A stretch of DNA of 64,000 bases from Chitinophagaceae bacterium (GTDB lineage Bacteria; Bacteroidota; Bacteroidia; Chitinophagales; Chitinophagaceae). The stretch spans positions 10,423 through 74,422 of the forward strand of contig JANPIE010000025.1 in the NCBI GenBank assembly GCA_031424835.1, given 5' to 3'. The translations under genes and the position numbers were made by a program. The notes under the pieces were generated by a model that saw only the letters and a program-made list of their open reading frames with translations, did not search any database and was not told where the DNA came from. Positions 46,012 through 54,901 of this stretch are shown piece by piece (position 1 is the stretch's first letter; each line of letters begins with the position of its first letter).

Positions 46012-47349
46012 CCTTAGCACCATCTGCCTGTCTGCATCCAGTCTTAATAAAATAAAAATCAACATCGTAAACGTAAGCAGGGATGATCCGCCGTAGCTGA
46101 TCAGGGGCAGCGGGATACCTACAATAGGAAACAGTCCTATCGTCATACTGACATTAACCGCGATATGAAAGAAAAGAATACTGGCTACCGAATAAGCGTA
46201 TACGCGGCTGAAAGTACTTCGTTGCCGTTCTGCTATCCTTACGATCCGGTAGAGTAAGGCAAGGTATATCACCAGAAAAATAAAACAGCCTGCTAACCCG
46301 AATGCCTCACCCAGCGATGTAAAAATAAAATCAGTGTGTTGTTCCGGTACATATTTACCCCGGGTTTGTGTGCCTTTCAGGAAACCTTTTCCAGTCAAAC
46401 CTCCCGATCCAATTGCTATCATGCTTTGGCGTACATTATAATCATCTGGTTTCCGGGCAGCTTTCTCGCCAGATTTTCTTTCTGATTTTTTGTTTTTGCC
46501 GCAGTCGTATTCTTTACCCACCATACTGTAGATACGCGTACTCTGGTAGCATTCCAGTACATTATTGAAAATATAGGGTACTACAAATCGCTGTACGCCA
46601 ACTCCCACCAGCCAGAGTGCCACTACCAGTGTGAGTAAACGTCTGCTACGCTTGGCCGTTCGGCGGATGATGAAAAAGATGATGGCGGCAATAACGGTTA
46701 ATGAAATGGCCAGCGTATTGGGCTCAATCAGCAGGGTGGCAATTACGAGAATGGCGAAAGATGAGCCATAGATCAATATTTGCGCAGGTAACCCTTCGCG
46801 GTACATGGCAAGCAGGAAGGCGGAGTACACCAGTGCCAGCCCCAGCTCATGCTGCGCAATGGATAAAACGGCGGGTGCCGCAATAATCAGCACCGCTATC
46901 AGCTGGGAACGCGGCCTGCTGAATTCTGTTTCCTGCCGGGAGAGAAATTTTGCCAAAGCCAGCGCCGTAAAAATTTTACAAAGTTCCGCCGGCTGCAGGT
47001 TAAACCCTCCACCCAGTGGAATCCAGCTTTTTGAACCATTGATGTTGCGTCCCAGCACAAAAGTGGCCAGCATTAACAATATGCCGAAAGCATATAGCAG
47101 GTTGGCGAGTGCGGTAAAGAGTTTGCTATCCGTTAGCAGAATAAATGTGGCGATAACGGTACAGAAAATGGCAAAAATCAGTTGCTTGCTATAGTTGGTT
47201 TTACCGCTGATAAAGGAAGAGAGTAGGTTGGTCTCCGGTCGGTATTCAACCATGTAAATGCAGAGCACACCAATGCCCACCAGTATTGCATACAGCCAGA
47301 TAATGGCCCAGTCAACTCCGGGCGCTATGCTATTGTTATCATTGTTCAT
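46009..47349 (-). CDS. rodA: Rod shape-determining protein RodA (SEDS)
   Basis: GSKSWI.LG..FNLQPAELCK, YNVRQSMIAIGSGG..GKG, PEQHTDFIF and PLPLISYGGSS. Confidence 0.97.
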   Translation of the reverse strand: MNNDNNSIAPGVDWAIIWLYAILVGIGVLCIYMVEYRPETNLLSSFISGKTNYSKQLIFAIFCTVIATFILLTDSKLFTALANLLYAFGILLMLATFVLGRNINGSKSWIPLGGGFNLQPAELCKIFTALALAKFLSRQETEFSRPRSQLIAVLIIAAPAVLSIAQHELGLALVYSAFLLAMYREGLPAQILIYGSSFAILVIATLLIEPNTLAISLTVIAAIIFFIIRRTAKRSRRLLTLVVALWLVGVGVQRFVVPYIFNNVLECYQSTRIYSMVGKEYDCGKNKKSERKSGEKAARKPDDYNVRQSMIAIGSGGLTGKGFLKGTQTRGKYVPEQHTDFIFTSLGEAFGLAGCFIFLVIYLALLYRIVRIAERQRSTFSRVYAYSVASILFFHIAVNVSMTIGLFPIVGIPLPLISYGGSSLLTFTMLIFILLRLDADRQMVLR

Positions 47350-49466
47350 CTTGCCACTGCTGTTTTTTTGGTTTTCCGTTCCTCTATAATTAATGCAGCA
47401 GTTGCCTGCGTAGGTTTGGTTTTGGATGCCGGCTTTTTATTTACCGGTGGTGGCGGTGCATACCGCTGTTCATCGCCCGGTTGGATGGTTTCTTCTGCGG
47501 TGGAATCGGCTTCTTCATTTTTCTCTCTTTTTTGTTCAAGCAGTCGCTCGTTATCCCTGATCCGTTTCAGCGAATCTTTTTTGGCCATTGCAATGCGCAT
47601 CACTGGGGGGATATATACTTTGTTTGCATATTCTTCTATCCAGGCCTGTCTTTCCTTGCCCCTGATAGAATCTTTCAGGTATTTCTCTACAAGTAAACTG
47701 GCAATAGGAGCGGCAACGCGTGCGCCCTGGTCAGAGTTTTCGCAAATAACCGCAATCGCAATACGTGGGTTATCACGTGGTGCAAAAGCGCCAAAAAAAG
47801 AATGGTCGGGTTGTTTTTTGGCAACTCCGTTTATGTTCGCATAGTTCTCCACTGTTCCCGTTTTTCCGCACATCACGATATCGGAAATTTTAGAGCGAAC
47901 GGCGGTACCATATTCCACCACCGCCTGCATACCCGTTTGTACAGCATTAAAAATGGAATCCGGAATACGCCGGTCAGTATAGTGTTTTACCCTGTAGGGT
48001 GCAAGCAAACCGTATTCATCGCCGCCTTCAATGGAATCAACCAGGTGGGGCGTATAGTACCATCCCTTGTTGGCAATGATGGCCATTACATTGGCAAGCT
48101 GTACGAGCGTTGTATTTACTTTACCCTGGCCTATGGCATTTGAAATAAGGTTGCATGAAAAAAGTTTTGGTCCGAATTCTTTACGGTAATTAGCGCCCAA
48201 TGGTATCAGCCCTCTTTTTTCTGAGGGAAGATCTACGCCTAATTTGTCACCCATACCAAAGGAAGATGCATATTCTTTAAACGCCGACAATGCACTGTCT
48301 GTATTCGGAAATTTTCTTTGCTCCAGAAACCGTTTGTACACCGTTGAAAAATACGAGTTGTCGCTATGCGCAACCGCATCCGTAAATCGGAACACACCTA
48401 TATCCAGACATTTGGGTTTACCCGTTCCGCAACCCGTGAAATAACCCGGGCAGGAAACCGTGGTTCGCTGATCAATTACACCCTCTGTTAAACCAATGAT
48501 GCCTACAACAGTTTTGAATGTGGAACCCGGTGAATAATACGTACCCAGTCCGCGGTTATTCAATGGCAAACGGGGATCCAGTATCAGGTCTGCAAAATGT
48601 CTTTTCTGCTCGCTGCCGGTTAAGTAATTGGGATCATAGGTGGGTGCGCTAACCATGCAGAGTATACCGCCTGTTCTCGGGTCAATCGCAACAATGCTCC
48701 CTACCTTATTGCTCATCAGTTTTTCGCCCAGTTTCTGCAGCTCCACGTCAAGACTCAGGTGCATGTTCTTACCGGCAACAGGCGTGGTATCATACAATCC
48801 ATTCTCGTATGCTCCCTGTATGCGGCTCTTGTTATCGCGTATATAATTTTTCACACCGCGTTGTCCCATCAGCACTTTCTCATACCGTGCCTCCAGACCT
48901 GTCATTCCCGCATAATCACCCATCTGGTATCCTTCATCCCGGTGTTTTTTAAGGTAGTTGGTATCTACCTCACGGATATAACCCAGTACATGACCGGCGG
49001 CGCTGTAAGGATAGGTTCGTACAGAACGTTCGATAAGTGTGAAGCCCGGGAAACGATAAATATTTTCATTGAGCCTTGCAAATGTTTCCACGGTAAGCAA
49101 AGGTTCAAAGATGCTGGGTTTCACATAACCGTTCTTGAAGATGAGGTCACGCATTCTTTTTTTGTACTCCGCCGTATCAATATTCAGTAACCTGCAAAGC
49201 GCAAACGTATCCACCCCCCTGCTTTCGGAAGGCGTTACCTGCAGGTCATAACTGATCGTATTTTCAAGAATGGCTCTTCGTTTCCGGTCGAAGATGATAC
49301 CCCTGTCCGGGTAAATCACTTTTCTAACAATGGCATTGTTATCGGCCGCAAGTTTGTACTTGGCAGAAAACACCTGCAGGTTGATCAACTGCCCGGTGAT
49401 CACCAAAAAAACAACAGCAAAAATAATTTGTATAATGCGTCCCCTGCTTTGATTGAATACCGGCAT
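47346..49466 (-). CDS. mrdA: Penicillin-binding protein 2
   Basis: YPDRGIIFDR, PGSTFK (SxxK), SDN (SxN) and KTGT (KTG); lies in the mre operon. Confidence 0.96.
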   Translation of the reverse strand: MPVFNQSRGRIIQIIFAVVFLVITGQLINLQVFSAKYKLAADNNAIVRKVIYPDRGIIFDRKRRAILENTISYDLQVTPSESRGVDTFALCRLLNIDTAEYKKRMRDLIFKNGYVKPSIFEPLLTVETFARLNENIYRFPGFTLIERSVRTYPYSAAGHVLGYIREVDTNYLKKHRDEGYQMGDYAGMTGLEARYEKVLMGQRGVKNYIRDNKSRIQGAYENGLYDTTPVAGKNMHLSLDVELQKLGEKLMSNKVGSIVAIDPRTGGILCMVSAPTYDPNYLTGSEQKRHFADLILDPRLPLNNRGLGTYYSPGSTFKTVVGIIGLTEGVIDQRTTVSCPGYFTGCGTGKPKCLDIGVFRFTDAVAHSDNSYFSTVYKRFLEQRKFPNTDSALSAFKEYASSFGMGDKLGVDLPSEKRGLIPLGANYRKEFGPKLFSCNLISNAIGQGKVNTTLVQLANVMAIIANKGWYYTPHLVDSIEGGDEYGLLAPYRVKHYTDRRIPDSIFNAVQTGMQAVVEYGTAVRSKISDIVMCGKTGTVENYANINGVAKKQPDHSFFGAFAPRDNPRIAIAVICENSDQGARVAAPIASLLVEKYLKDSIRGKERQAWIEEYANKVYIPPVMRIAMAKKDSLKRIRDNERLLEQKREKNEEADSTAEETIQPGDEQRYAPPPPVNKKPASKTKPTQATAALIIEERKTKKTAVAR

Positions 49467-49555
49467 ACCTTATTGTGAGATAAAAATGAATAGTGTGAAG
49501 AATTGTTTCAAAGTTCCTGAATTAGCGGGGTTTGGGTAAATCTTTTTTGTGGTTG

Positions 49556-49609
49556 GTTCATAGTCCATAATCCATGGTCGATAGTCCATGTTCCATTGAC
49601 TATGGACTA
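49556..49609. repeat. Heptamer array (TAGTCCA family) with a short inverted arm, between mreD and mrdA
   Basis: GTTCATA GTCCATA ATCCATG GTCGATA GTCCATG TTCCATT then GACTATGGACTA. Confidence 0.75.
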
Positions 49610-49666
49610 CAGCTGCAAGTTTTGGTGGGGGTGTTATTTGCCGGGGTTCATGGGTTCCGGCAAACG

Positions 49667-50200
49667 CTAAGCGGCATTGGTCCTGTGCCTTCCCTTCCTG
49701 CTGAACAGGAGTTCGGTAATGAATATCAGTAACAGGCTTATGGCTGTGGTGCCCAAAACCTTGCCGATAAAGAACATAAAATTACCAAACTGGAGCCATT
49801 CTATCAGTACAAGGTAAAAATGATGCAGGAAACTGAGCACTCCCGCATACAAGCCGTAGGGTGCCCATCCCATGTTTTTGGGGCTTGGCTCCATATAGCT
49901 TTGCTCGGTGGTTTCCTGCGGTATCAGCAGGTTAAGCAGGAAAGGCCGTACATAAGCAATGAGTACACAGGGCGCTGCATGGAGTCCGGGGGTGCCCGTA
50001 AAAAAATCCAGCGAAAGCCCAAAAAGGAAACTGATGATAAGCAGGAAAAAGCGGTTGATTGAAAACGGCAGCCAGAGTATGTACAGGAAATACAGGTAGG
50101 GTACAATGAACTGGTGCAGCGGCGGCACCTCATCCAGGATAAATACCTGGAAAAGGATAAACAGGATGAAACGGATAATATTTTTCAGCAGCGTGCTCAT
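49667..50200 (-). CDS. mreD: Rod shape-determining protein MreD
   Basis: Multi-TM; GLSLDFF..TPGLHAA; 4-nt overlap with mreC. Confidence 0.92.
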   Translation of the reverse strand: MSTLLKNIIRFILFILFQVFILDEVPPLHQFIVPYLYFLYILWLPFSINRFFLLIISFLFGLSLDFFTGTPGLHAAPCVLIAYVRPFLLNLLIPQETTEQSYMEPSPKNMGWAPYGLYAGVLSFLHHFYLVLIEWLQFGNFMFFIGKVLGTTAISLLLIFITELLFSRKGRHRTNAA

Positions 50201-51048
50201 GGTGTTTTGGGTGGATTGGTTTCTAACTGCACCTGCTCCGCATACAGCACATTCTTAATGAGGTATACATACTGCACATTGAAAAAATTGGTAGCGGTTT
50301 TGATTTTCAGTGTATAGAAATTGCTCTGCGTTTCGGACGAAATATTGGCTACTGTTCCTATCAAAAGGTGAGAAGGGAAATTAGCCGAATAAGTGCTGGT
50401 GAGTACCGAATCTCCCTTTGTTACTTTAGCGCCCTTGGTTACGTTTCGCAAGATCAGGTAAGTTGGGTCTACACCATCCCATTCCACACTGCCCGTACTG
50501 TTATCTTTTTTAAGCATCGCGCTTACTTTGCTGTTGCGGTGTAACAGGCTCATAACGCGGCTGAAATTGGCACTGGTTTCTACTACCACGCCTACAATTC
50601 CTTCCGGACCGGTAACGGCCATTCCCTTTTCCACCCCCTGTGCGCTTCCTCTTTCCAGTGTAAGAAAATTAGCCTGAAGGGTATAGGTGTTGCCGATAAC
50701 TTTTGCGGGCAGATAGGTAAATTTCCGCAATCGACCGGTGCTGTCTGATACCAGCGTATCGGTAACAATTTTCTGCGAAGTATCCGGAGCCTGGAAATTG
50801 GTGATAAGCATATTGCGCAACCGCGCATTCTCCATTGCCAGTTGGCGGTTGGTTTCTTTCAAACCAAAATAACCGCGCAGGCCGTTGTATTGCAGGTTTA
50901 CATTACCCGTGAGCTCATTTACAGTGGAAGAAAAAAAAGCCTCATGCGTTTTGCTCGCATTGCTCAGCAGGATAATGGCCAGTACCTGTAACAGCAGGAA
51001 GCTGAGAAAGGTAAAATACCTGCGGATGAAAAGGAATATGTTTTTCAA
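50197..51048 (-). CDS. mreC: Rod shape-determining protein MreC
   Basis: TTG start; N-terminal TM and coiled coil; GVEKGMAV..PEGIVGVV and GDSVLTS..S..FP..L.IG. Confidence 0.95.
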   Translation of the reverse strand: MKNIFLFIRRYFTFLSFLLLQVLAIILLSNASKTHEAFFSSTVNELTGNVNLQYNGLRGYFGLKETNRQLAMENARLRNMLITNFQAPDTSQKIVTDTLVSDSTGRLRKFTYLPAKVIGNTYTLQANFLTLERGSAQGVEKGMAVTGPEGIVGVVVETSANFSRVMSLLHRNSKVSAMLKKDNSTGSVEWDGVDPTYLILRNVTKGAKVTKGDSVLTSTYSANFPSHLLIGTVANISSETQSNFYTLKIKTATNFFNVQYVYLIKNVLYAEQVQLETNPPKTP

Positions 51049-51055
51049 GGTTCAA

Positions 51056-51130
51056 GCTGTTAGCTGTTAGTCCTTAGCCGTTAGCAACAATAGATTCTGG
51101 CTTGTAGCTAATGGCTAACAGCTAACAGCT
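51056..51130. repeat. Inverted pair of heptamer arrays (GCTGTTA / CAGCTAA) between mreB and mreC
   Basis: GCTGTTA GCTGTTA GTCCTTA GCCGTTA -21 nt- TAGCTAA TGGCTAA CAGCTAA CAGCT. Confidence 0.85.
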
Positions 51131-51135
51131 TTTTG

Positions 51136-52161
51136 TTATCTCATAATAAATGGAAAGCGCTGGTAATTCTTAAGGGCCAGGCCGGTACCACGCACCACGC
51201 TTTTCAGTGGGTCATCAGCTACATGAACCGGCAATTTAATTTTAGCGCTCAAACGTTTGTCAAGCCCACGTAACAGGGCACCACCGCCTGTGAGGTATAG
51301 GCCCCTGCGGTAAATATCCGCTGCCAGTTCAGGAGGCGTTGTTTCGAGTGCCTTGAGAATGGCTTCTTCTATTTTGAAAATGCTTTTGTCAAGCGCTTCA
51401 GCAATTTCCTGGTAGCTTACCATAATCTGTTTGGGAATACCCGTTACCAGGTCACGCCCGTTAACCGGAAGGTCGTCGGGTGGATTATCAAGGTCCTTCA
51501 TGGCAGCGCCTACATTGATCTTGATCTGCTCTGCGGTACGCTCACCAATTAACAAACTATGGTAACGGCGAAGAGCTTCCATGATATCAGCGGTAAACTC
51601 ATCACCCGCGATACGGATACTCTGGTCACATACGATACCGGCCAGTGCAATCACGGTAATGCCCGTGGTTCCGCCACCAATATCAATGATCATGTTTCCC
51701 ACCGGCTCTTCCACATCAATGCCTATACCCAGAGCCGCGGCCATGGGCTCATGTATCATATATACTTCTTTGGCTCCCGCCTGTTCTGCACTGTCGCGAA
51801 CCGCACGTTTTTCTACCTCGGTAATGGAGGAAGGAATACAAATTACCATCCGCCAGCTTGGAGGAAACAGGGGTTTTTTGGGATAGATCATTTTAATCAG
51901 CTCCCTGATCATCAGCTCAGCTGCGTTAAAATCAGCGATCACACCATCTTTCAATGGGCGCACGGTGCGGATACTTTCATGGGTTTTCTCGTGCATCATC
52001 AACGCCTTCTTCCCCACGGCGAGTACCTCTTTCATATTGTTCCTGTTAAGGGCAATGATGGAGGGTTCATTTACTACTACTTCGTCGTTATGTATGATAA
52101 GGGTGTTTGCGGTACCCAGGTCCATCGCAATCTCCTGCGTAAAAAAGTTAAATAAGCCCAT
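51136..52161 (-). CDS. mreB: Rod shape-determining protein MreB
   Basis: MDLGTANTLI, RPLKDGVIADF, EPMAAALG, IDIGGGTT and LTGGGALL. Confidence 0.99.
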   Translation of the reverse strand: MGLFNFFTQEIAMDLGTANTLIIHNDEVVVNEPSIIALNRNNMKEVLAVGKKALMMHEKTHESIRTVRPLKDGVIADFNAAELMIRELIKMIYPKKPLFPPSWRMVICIPSSITEVEKRAVRDSAEQAGAKEVYMIHEPMAAALGIGIDVEEPVGNMIIDIGGGTTGITVIALAGIVCDQSIRIAGDEFTADIMEALRRYHSLLIGERTAEQIKINVGAAMKDLDNPPDDLPVNGRDLVTGIPKQIMVSYQEIAEALDKSIFKIEEAILKALETTPPELAADIYRRGLYLTGGGALLRGLDKRLSAKIKLPVHVADDPLKSVVRGTGLALKNYQRFPFIMR

Positions 52162-52200
52162 CGTATATTAAAAAAGTTACAAATGTGTAATGTATGCCTG

Positions 52201-52208
52201 CAAAGGTG
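52201..52208 (-). promoter_or_regulatory. Bacteroidota -7-like box (CACCTTTG) for the mreB operon
   Basis: One mismatch to TAnnTTTG, followed by CA, 40 nt upstream of the ATG. Confidence 0.55.
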
Positions 52209-52284
52209 ACTGAAATTAGTTGAATAAACAAAGCCAAAGTACTGATTTTTCAAGGTTTTTGGGGCGTTGGGCGCCAATCCGAAG

Positions 52285-52347
52285 CGTGAGACGTGAGACG
52301 TGAATCGTGAGTAGAGAATCATATCTCACCACTACCTTCTCAGTTCA
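52285..52347. repeat. Inverted heptamer arrays (CGTGAGA family) between the purD stop and the mreB promoter
   Basis: CGTGAGA CGTGAGA CGTGAAT CGTGAGT ... TCTCACC ACTACCT TCTCAGT TCA (purD stop). Confidence 0.78.
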
Positions 52348-53628
52348 CCTGAACTCATACCCAATATCCCTCCGGTAATACATGCCTTCAAACGATATTT
52401 GCTCCAGCAGTTGTTTTGACCGGTCCACGGCTTCTGTAAGGGTATCTCCGAAAGAGGTAACCGCCAGCACCCGGCCGCCATTTGTGACCACTTCATCGTC
52501 CACTTCCTGTGTGCCGGCATGAAAAACCAGCGACCCATTCCCGGGTTCCAGTGCTGTTAATCCGCTGATGAGGAAATTTTTCCGGTATTCTCCGGGATAA
52601 CCACCACTCACTGCTACCACCGTTGCACAGCTTCTTTCATCGAATACTATATTAGTATCAACTAATGTGCCATTATCCATCGCGGCAAATAATGCTACAA
52701 GATCTGTCTGGAGCCGGGGCATCACCACTTCTGTTTCGGGATCGCCCATCCTGCAGTTATATTCAATTACCCAGGGCTCACCATTCATGTTCATCAACCC
52801 AAAAAAGATAAATCCATGGTATTCGAGATTTTCAGTGGATAGGCCATTTACCGTTGGTTTAATGATCCGCTCCTCTACTTTATGCATAAAGCTATCATCC
52901 ATAAAAGGTACCGGGCTTACACAACCCATACCTCCTGTATTCAGTCCCGTATCTCCTTCGCCAATCCTTTTGTAGTCTTTTGCATGACCGATAACCTGGT
53001 AGCTACTTCCATCCGTCAATACAAAAACACTCACCTCTATTCCCTGGAGGAACTCTTCAATTACCACTTTTCTGCTTGCCTCACCAAACTGTTTATGAAT
53101 GATCATCCCTTCAAATACTTCCAGAGCTTCCGCGTGCGTATGCACAATCACTACGCCTTTACCCGCGGCAAGTCCGTCTGCTTTCAGCACAACGGGAAGT
53201 GAATGTTCATTAATATATTTCCGGCCTTCCTCAAAACTGTCAGCAGTAAACTCTGCATAACCAGCGGTGGGTATATGGTGCCGTTGCATAAATTGTTTGC
53301 TGAATGCCTTGCTGCCTTCCAGTTGCGCAGCTTTTGCAGAAGGCGCCACTACAACTATGTGCTGGAGTTCGGGATCCTGTTTAAAAAAATCATAGATGCC
53401 TTTTACGAGCGGTTCCTCCGGGCCTACTACCAGCATGCGTACCCCAAATTGCAGGCAGGCTTTTTTTATGGCCATAAAATCTGTAGGTGCAATGGCCAGG
53501 TTGGTACCGAACTGTGCTGTTCCCGCATTGCCCGGTGCGATATACAAATCATCGCAATGGTGGCTCTGTACCATTTTCCATGCCAATGCATGTTCGCGAC
53601 CGCCAGATCCAAGTAGTAAAATATTCAT
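52345..53628 (-). CDS. purD: Phosphoribosylamine--glycine ligase
   Basis: MNILLLGSGGREHALAW, LEGSKAFSK, VLKADGLAAGKGV, QDYKR-like DYKRIGEGDTGLNTGGMG, EYNCRMGDPET and TNGGRVL. Start ATG 53628; TACTTTCG box at 53663-53670. Confidence 0.99.
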   Translation of the reverse strand: MNILLLGSGGREHALAWKMVQSHHCDDLYIAPGNAGTAQFGTNLAIAPTDFMAIKKACLQFGVRMLVVGPEEPLVKGIYDFFKQDPELQHIVVVAPSAKAAQLEGSKAFSKQFMQRHHIPTAGYAEFTADSFEEGRKYINEHSLPVVLKADGLAAGKGVVIVHTHAEALEVFEGMIIHKQFGEASRKVVIEEFLQGIEVSVFVLTDGSSYQVIGHAKDYKRIGEGDTGLNTGGMGCVSPVPFMDDSFMHKVEERIIKPTVNGLSTENLEYHGFIFFGLMNMNGEPWVIEYNCRMGDPETEVVMPRLQTDLVALFAAMDNGTLVDTNIVFDERSCATVVAVSGGYPGEYRKNFLISGLTALEPGNGSLVFHAGTQEVDDEVVTNGGRVLAVTSFGDTLTEAVDRSKQLLEQISFEGMYYRRDIGYEFR

Positions 53629-53862
53629 GGTAAGACAGCAACTGGTTTGGTTGATAATGTGACGAAAGTACGAATGCATTTCAACTGCCCGTAAGGAAAA
53701 TAGCACTTGTTTGTGTCCGTGGCAGTTTGCTGCCGCGCAGCACTCCTAAAACCGATATTTTATGCGGCTATCGGATTTGGCAAATCTGATATCATATCTA
53801 AACTGTATCGCCAGAGGTTTTGGTCATAATGCATACGATCCTTAATATCGCAGGCGGAAAGC

Positions 53863-53876
53863 GGCAACATGTTGCC
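53863..53876. promoter_or_regulatory. Perfect 14-bp palindrome GGCAACATGTTGCC, candidate operator
   Basis: Seen directly; a related GGCA-N6-TGCC occurs at 53721-53734. Confidence 0.35.
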
Positions 53877-54088
53877 ACAGAGGTAAACCACCCCATTTGG
53901 GTGTTATATGTGATAAGGTTAACTGTTAAATAATGGAAAACCGGCGGGCAACACCTGAAAATAACGCATCTTGGAAAATGCGCTTTGATGGAAGCGTAGC
54001 TGGGAGGAATGCTGCAGTTTATTTGGTGTGGACAAAGAGAAATCAACATTTATTATGAGGTTTGACGAAAAAATCATGATTTGATTTT

Positions 54089-54718
54089 ATGAGGATAATT
54101 ATCGCGGATGACCACACGATCGTGAGGGCGGGTATAAAAAAACTGCTGAAGGACGCTTTTCCTTTTGCGGAACTACTGGAAGCGTCCAATACGGTTGAGC
54201 TGCTTTCCCTCGTACGCGAAAGTGTATGCGACGTGGTAGTGTCAGATATAACCATGCCCCCCGGCGACTCCGGATTGGAAGCGGTGAAAGAGATCAAATC
54301 GATATCGCCACAAACTTCAGTGGTCATAATGAGTATGCATTCGGCGGAGCATTATGCTGTCAGGGCTTTCAAGTCGGGCGCCACGGGCTATCTCTCAAAA
54401 GATGCGGCAGCCATGGAACTGGTTAAAGCCGTTAACACGGTACTGGCCGGCAAAAGGTACGTTAATGAAGAAGTGGCGGCACTGCTGGAGGATTCAGCAG
54501 GATCCGGCTATGAAACCCGTTCGATAGATAACCTCTCGGACCGCGAGCTGGAAGTACTCAAGCTTCTCGGCCGCGGCAAAACCATTGCCGAGATCGCCGG
54601 GGAGTTGTCATTAAGCACCCATACCATCAGCACTTTCCGCGCAAAGATCCTGGAGAAAATGAATTTCCATAACAATATGGAGCTGATCAGGTTTGCAGTG
54701 GATAATAAGCTTACGTGA
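54089..54718 (+). CDS. NarL/FixJ-family response regulator (REC plus LuxR HTH), orphan
   Basis: IIIADDH, VVSDITMP (phospho-Asp), GATGYLSKD, and LSDRELEVLKLLGRGKT..EIA..LSLS.HT.ST.R. Confidence 0.96.
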   Translation: MRIIIADDHTIVRAGIKKLLKDAFPFAELLEASNTVELLSLVRESVCDVVVSDITMPPGDSGLEAVKEIKSISPQTSVVIMSMHSAEHYAVRAFKSGATGYLSKDAAAMELVKAVNTVLAGKRYVNEEVAALLEDSAGSGYETRSIDNLSDRELEVLKLLGRGKTIAEIAGELSLSTHTISTFRAKILEKMNFHNNMELIRFAVDNKLT

Positions 54719-54901
54719 GAAGTGAGAAGTGAGACGTGAGTCGTGAGGCGTCAAACGTGAGACGATTGTAGATCATATTCTCTATCCAAATTTGTTATCA
54801 GATTTTCACTTTTCACGTCTCACGCCTCACGTCTCATGCCTCACGTCTCACCTCTCACGTCTCACCTCTCACGTCTCACGCCTCACGTCTCACGTCTCAC
54901 G
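54714..54901. repeat. Large inverted pair of heptamer arrays: 7 x NGTGAGA, 41-nt spacer, 14 x YCTCACG
   Basis: Left arm 54714-54762 and right arm 54804-54901. The outermost unit of each arm contains the TGA stop of the flanking convergent gene. Confidence 0.95.

Noticed and set aside
53629-53800. Purine or ZTP riboswitch upstream of purD
   Set aside because: A -7 box at 53663-53670 implies a leader of only about 30 nt, and I see no aptamer consensus.
52313-54803. Shared spacer motif (TAGAGAAT...ATCT) between the two CGTGAGA loci as a conserved recombination core
   Set aside because: Only an 8-nt match in AT-rich DNA, and absent from the other spacers; not distinguishable from chance by eye.
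54714-54901. CRISPR array
   Set aside because: Units are 7 nt and contiguous, there are no unique 25-45 nt spacers, and no cas genes occur in the window.
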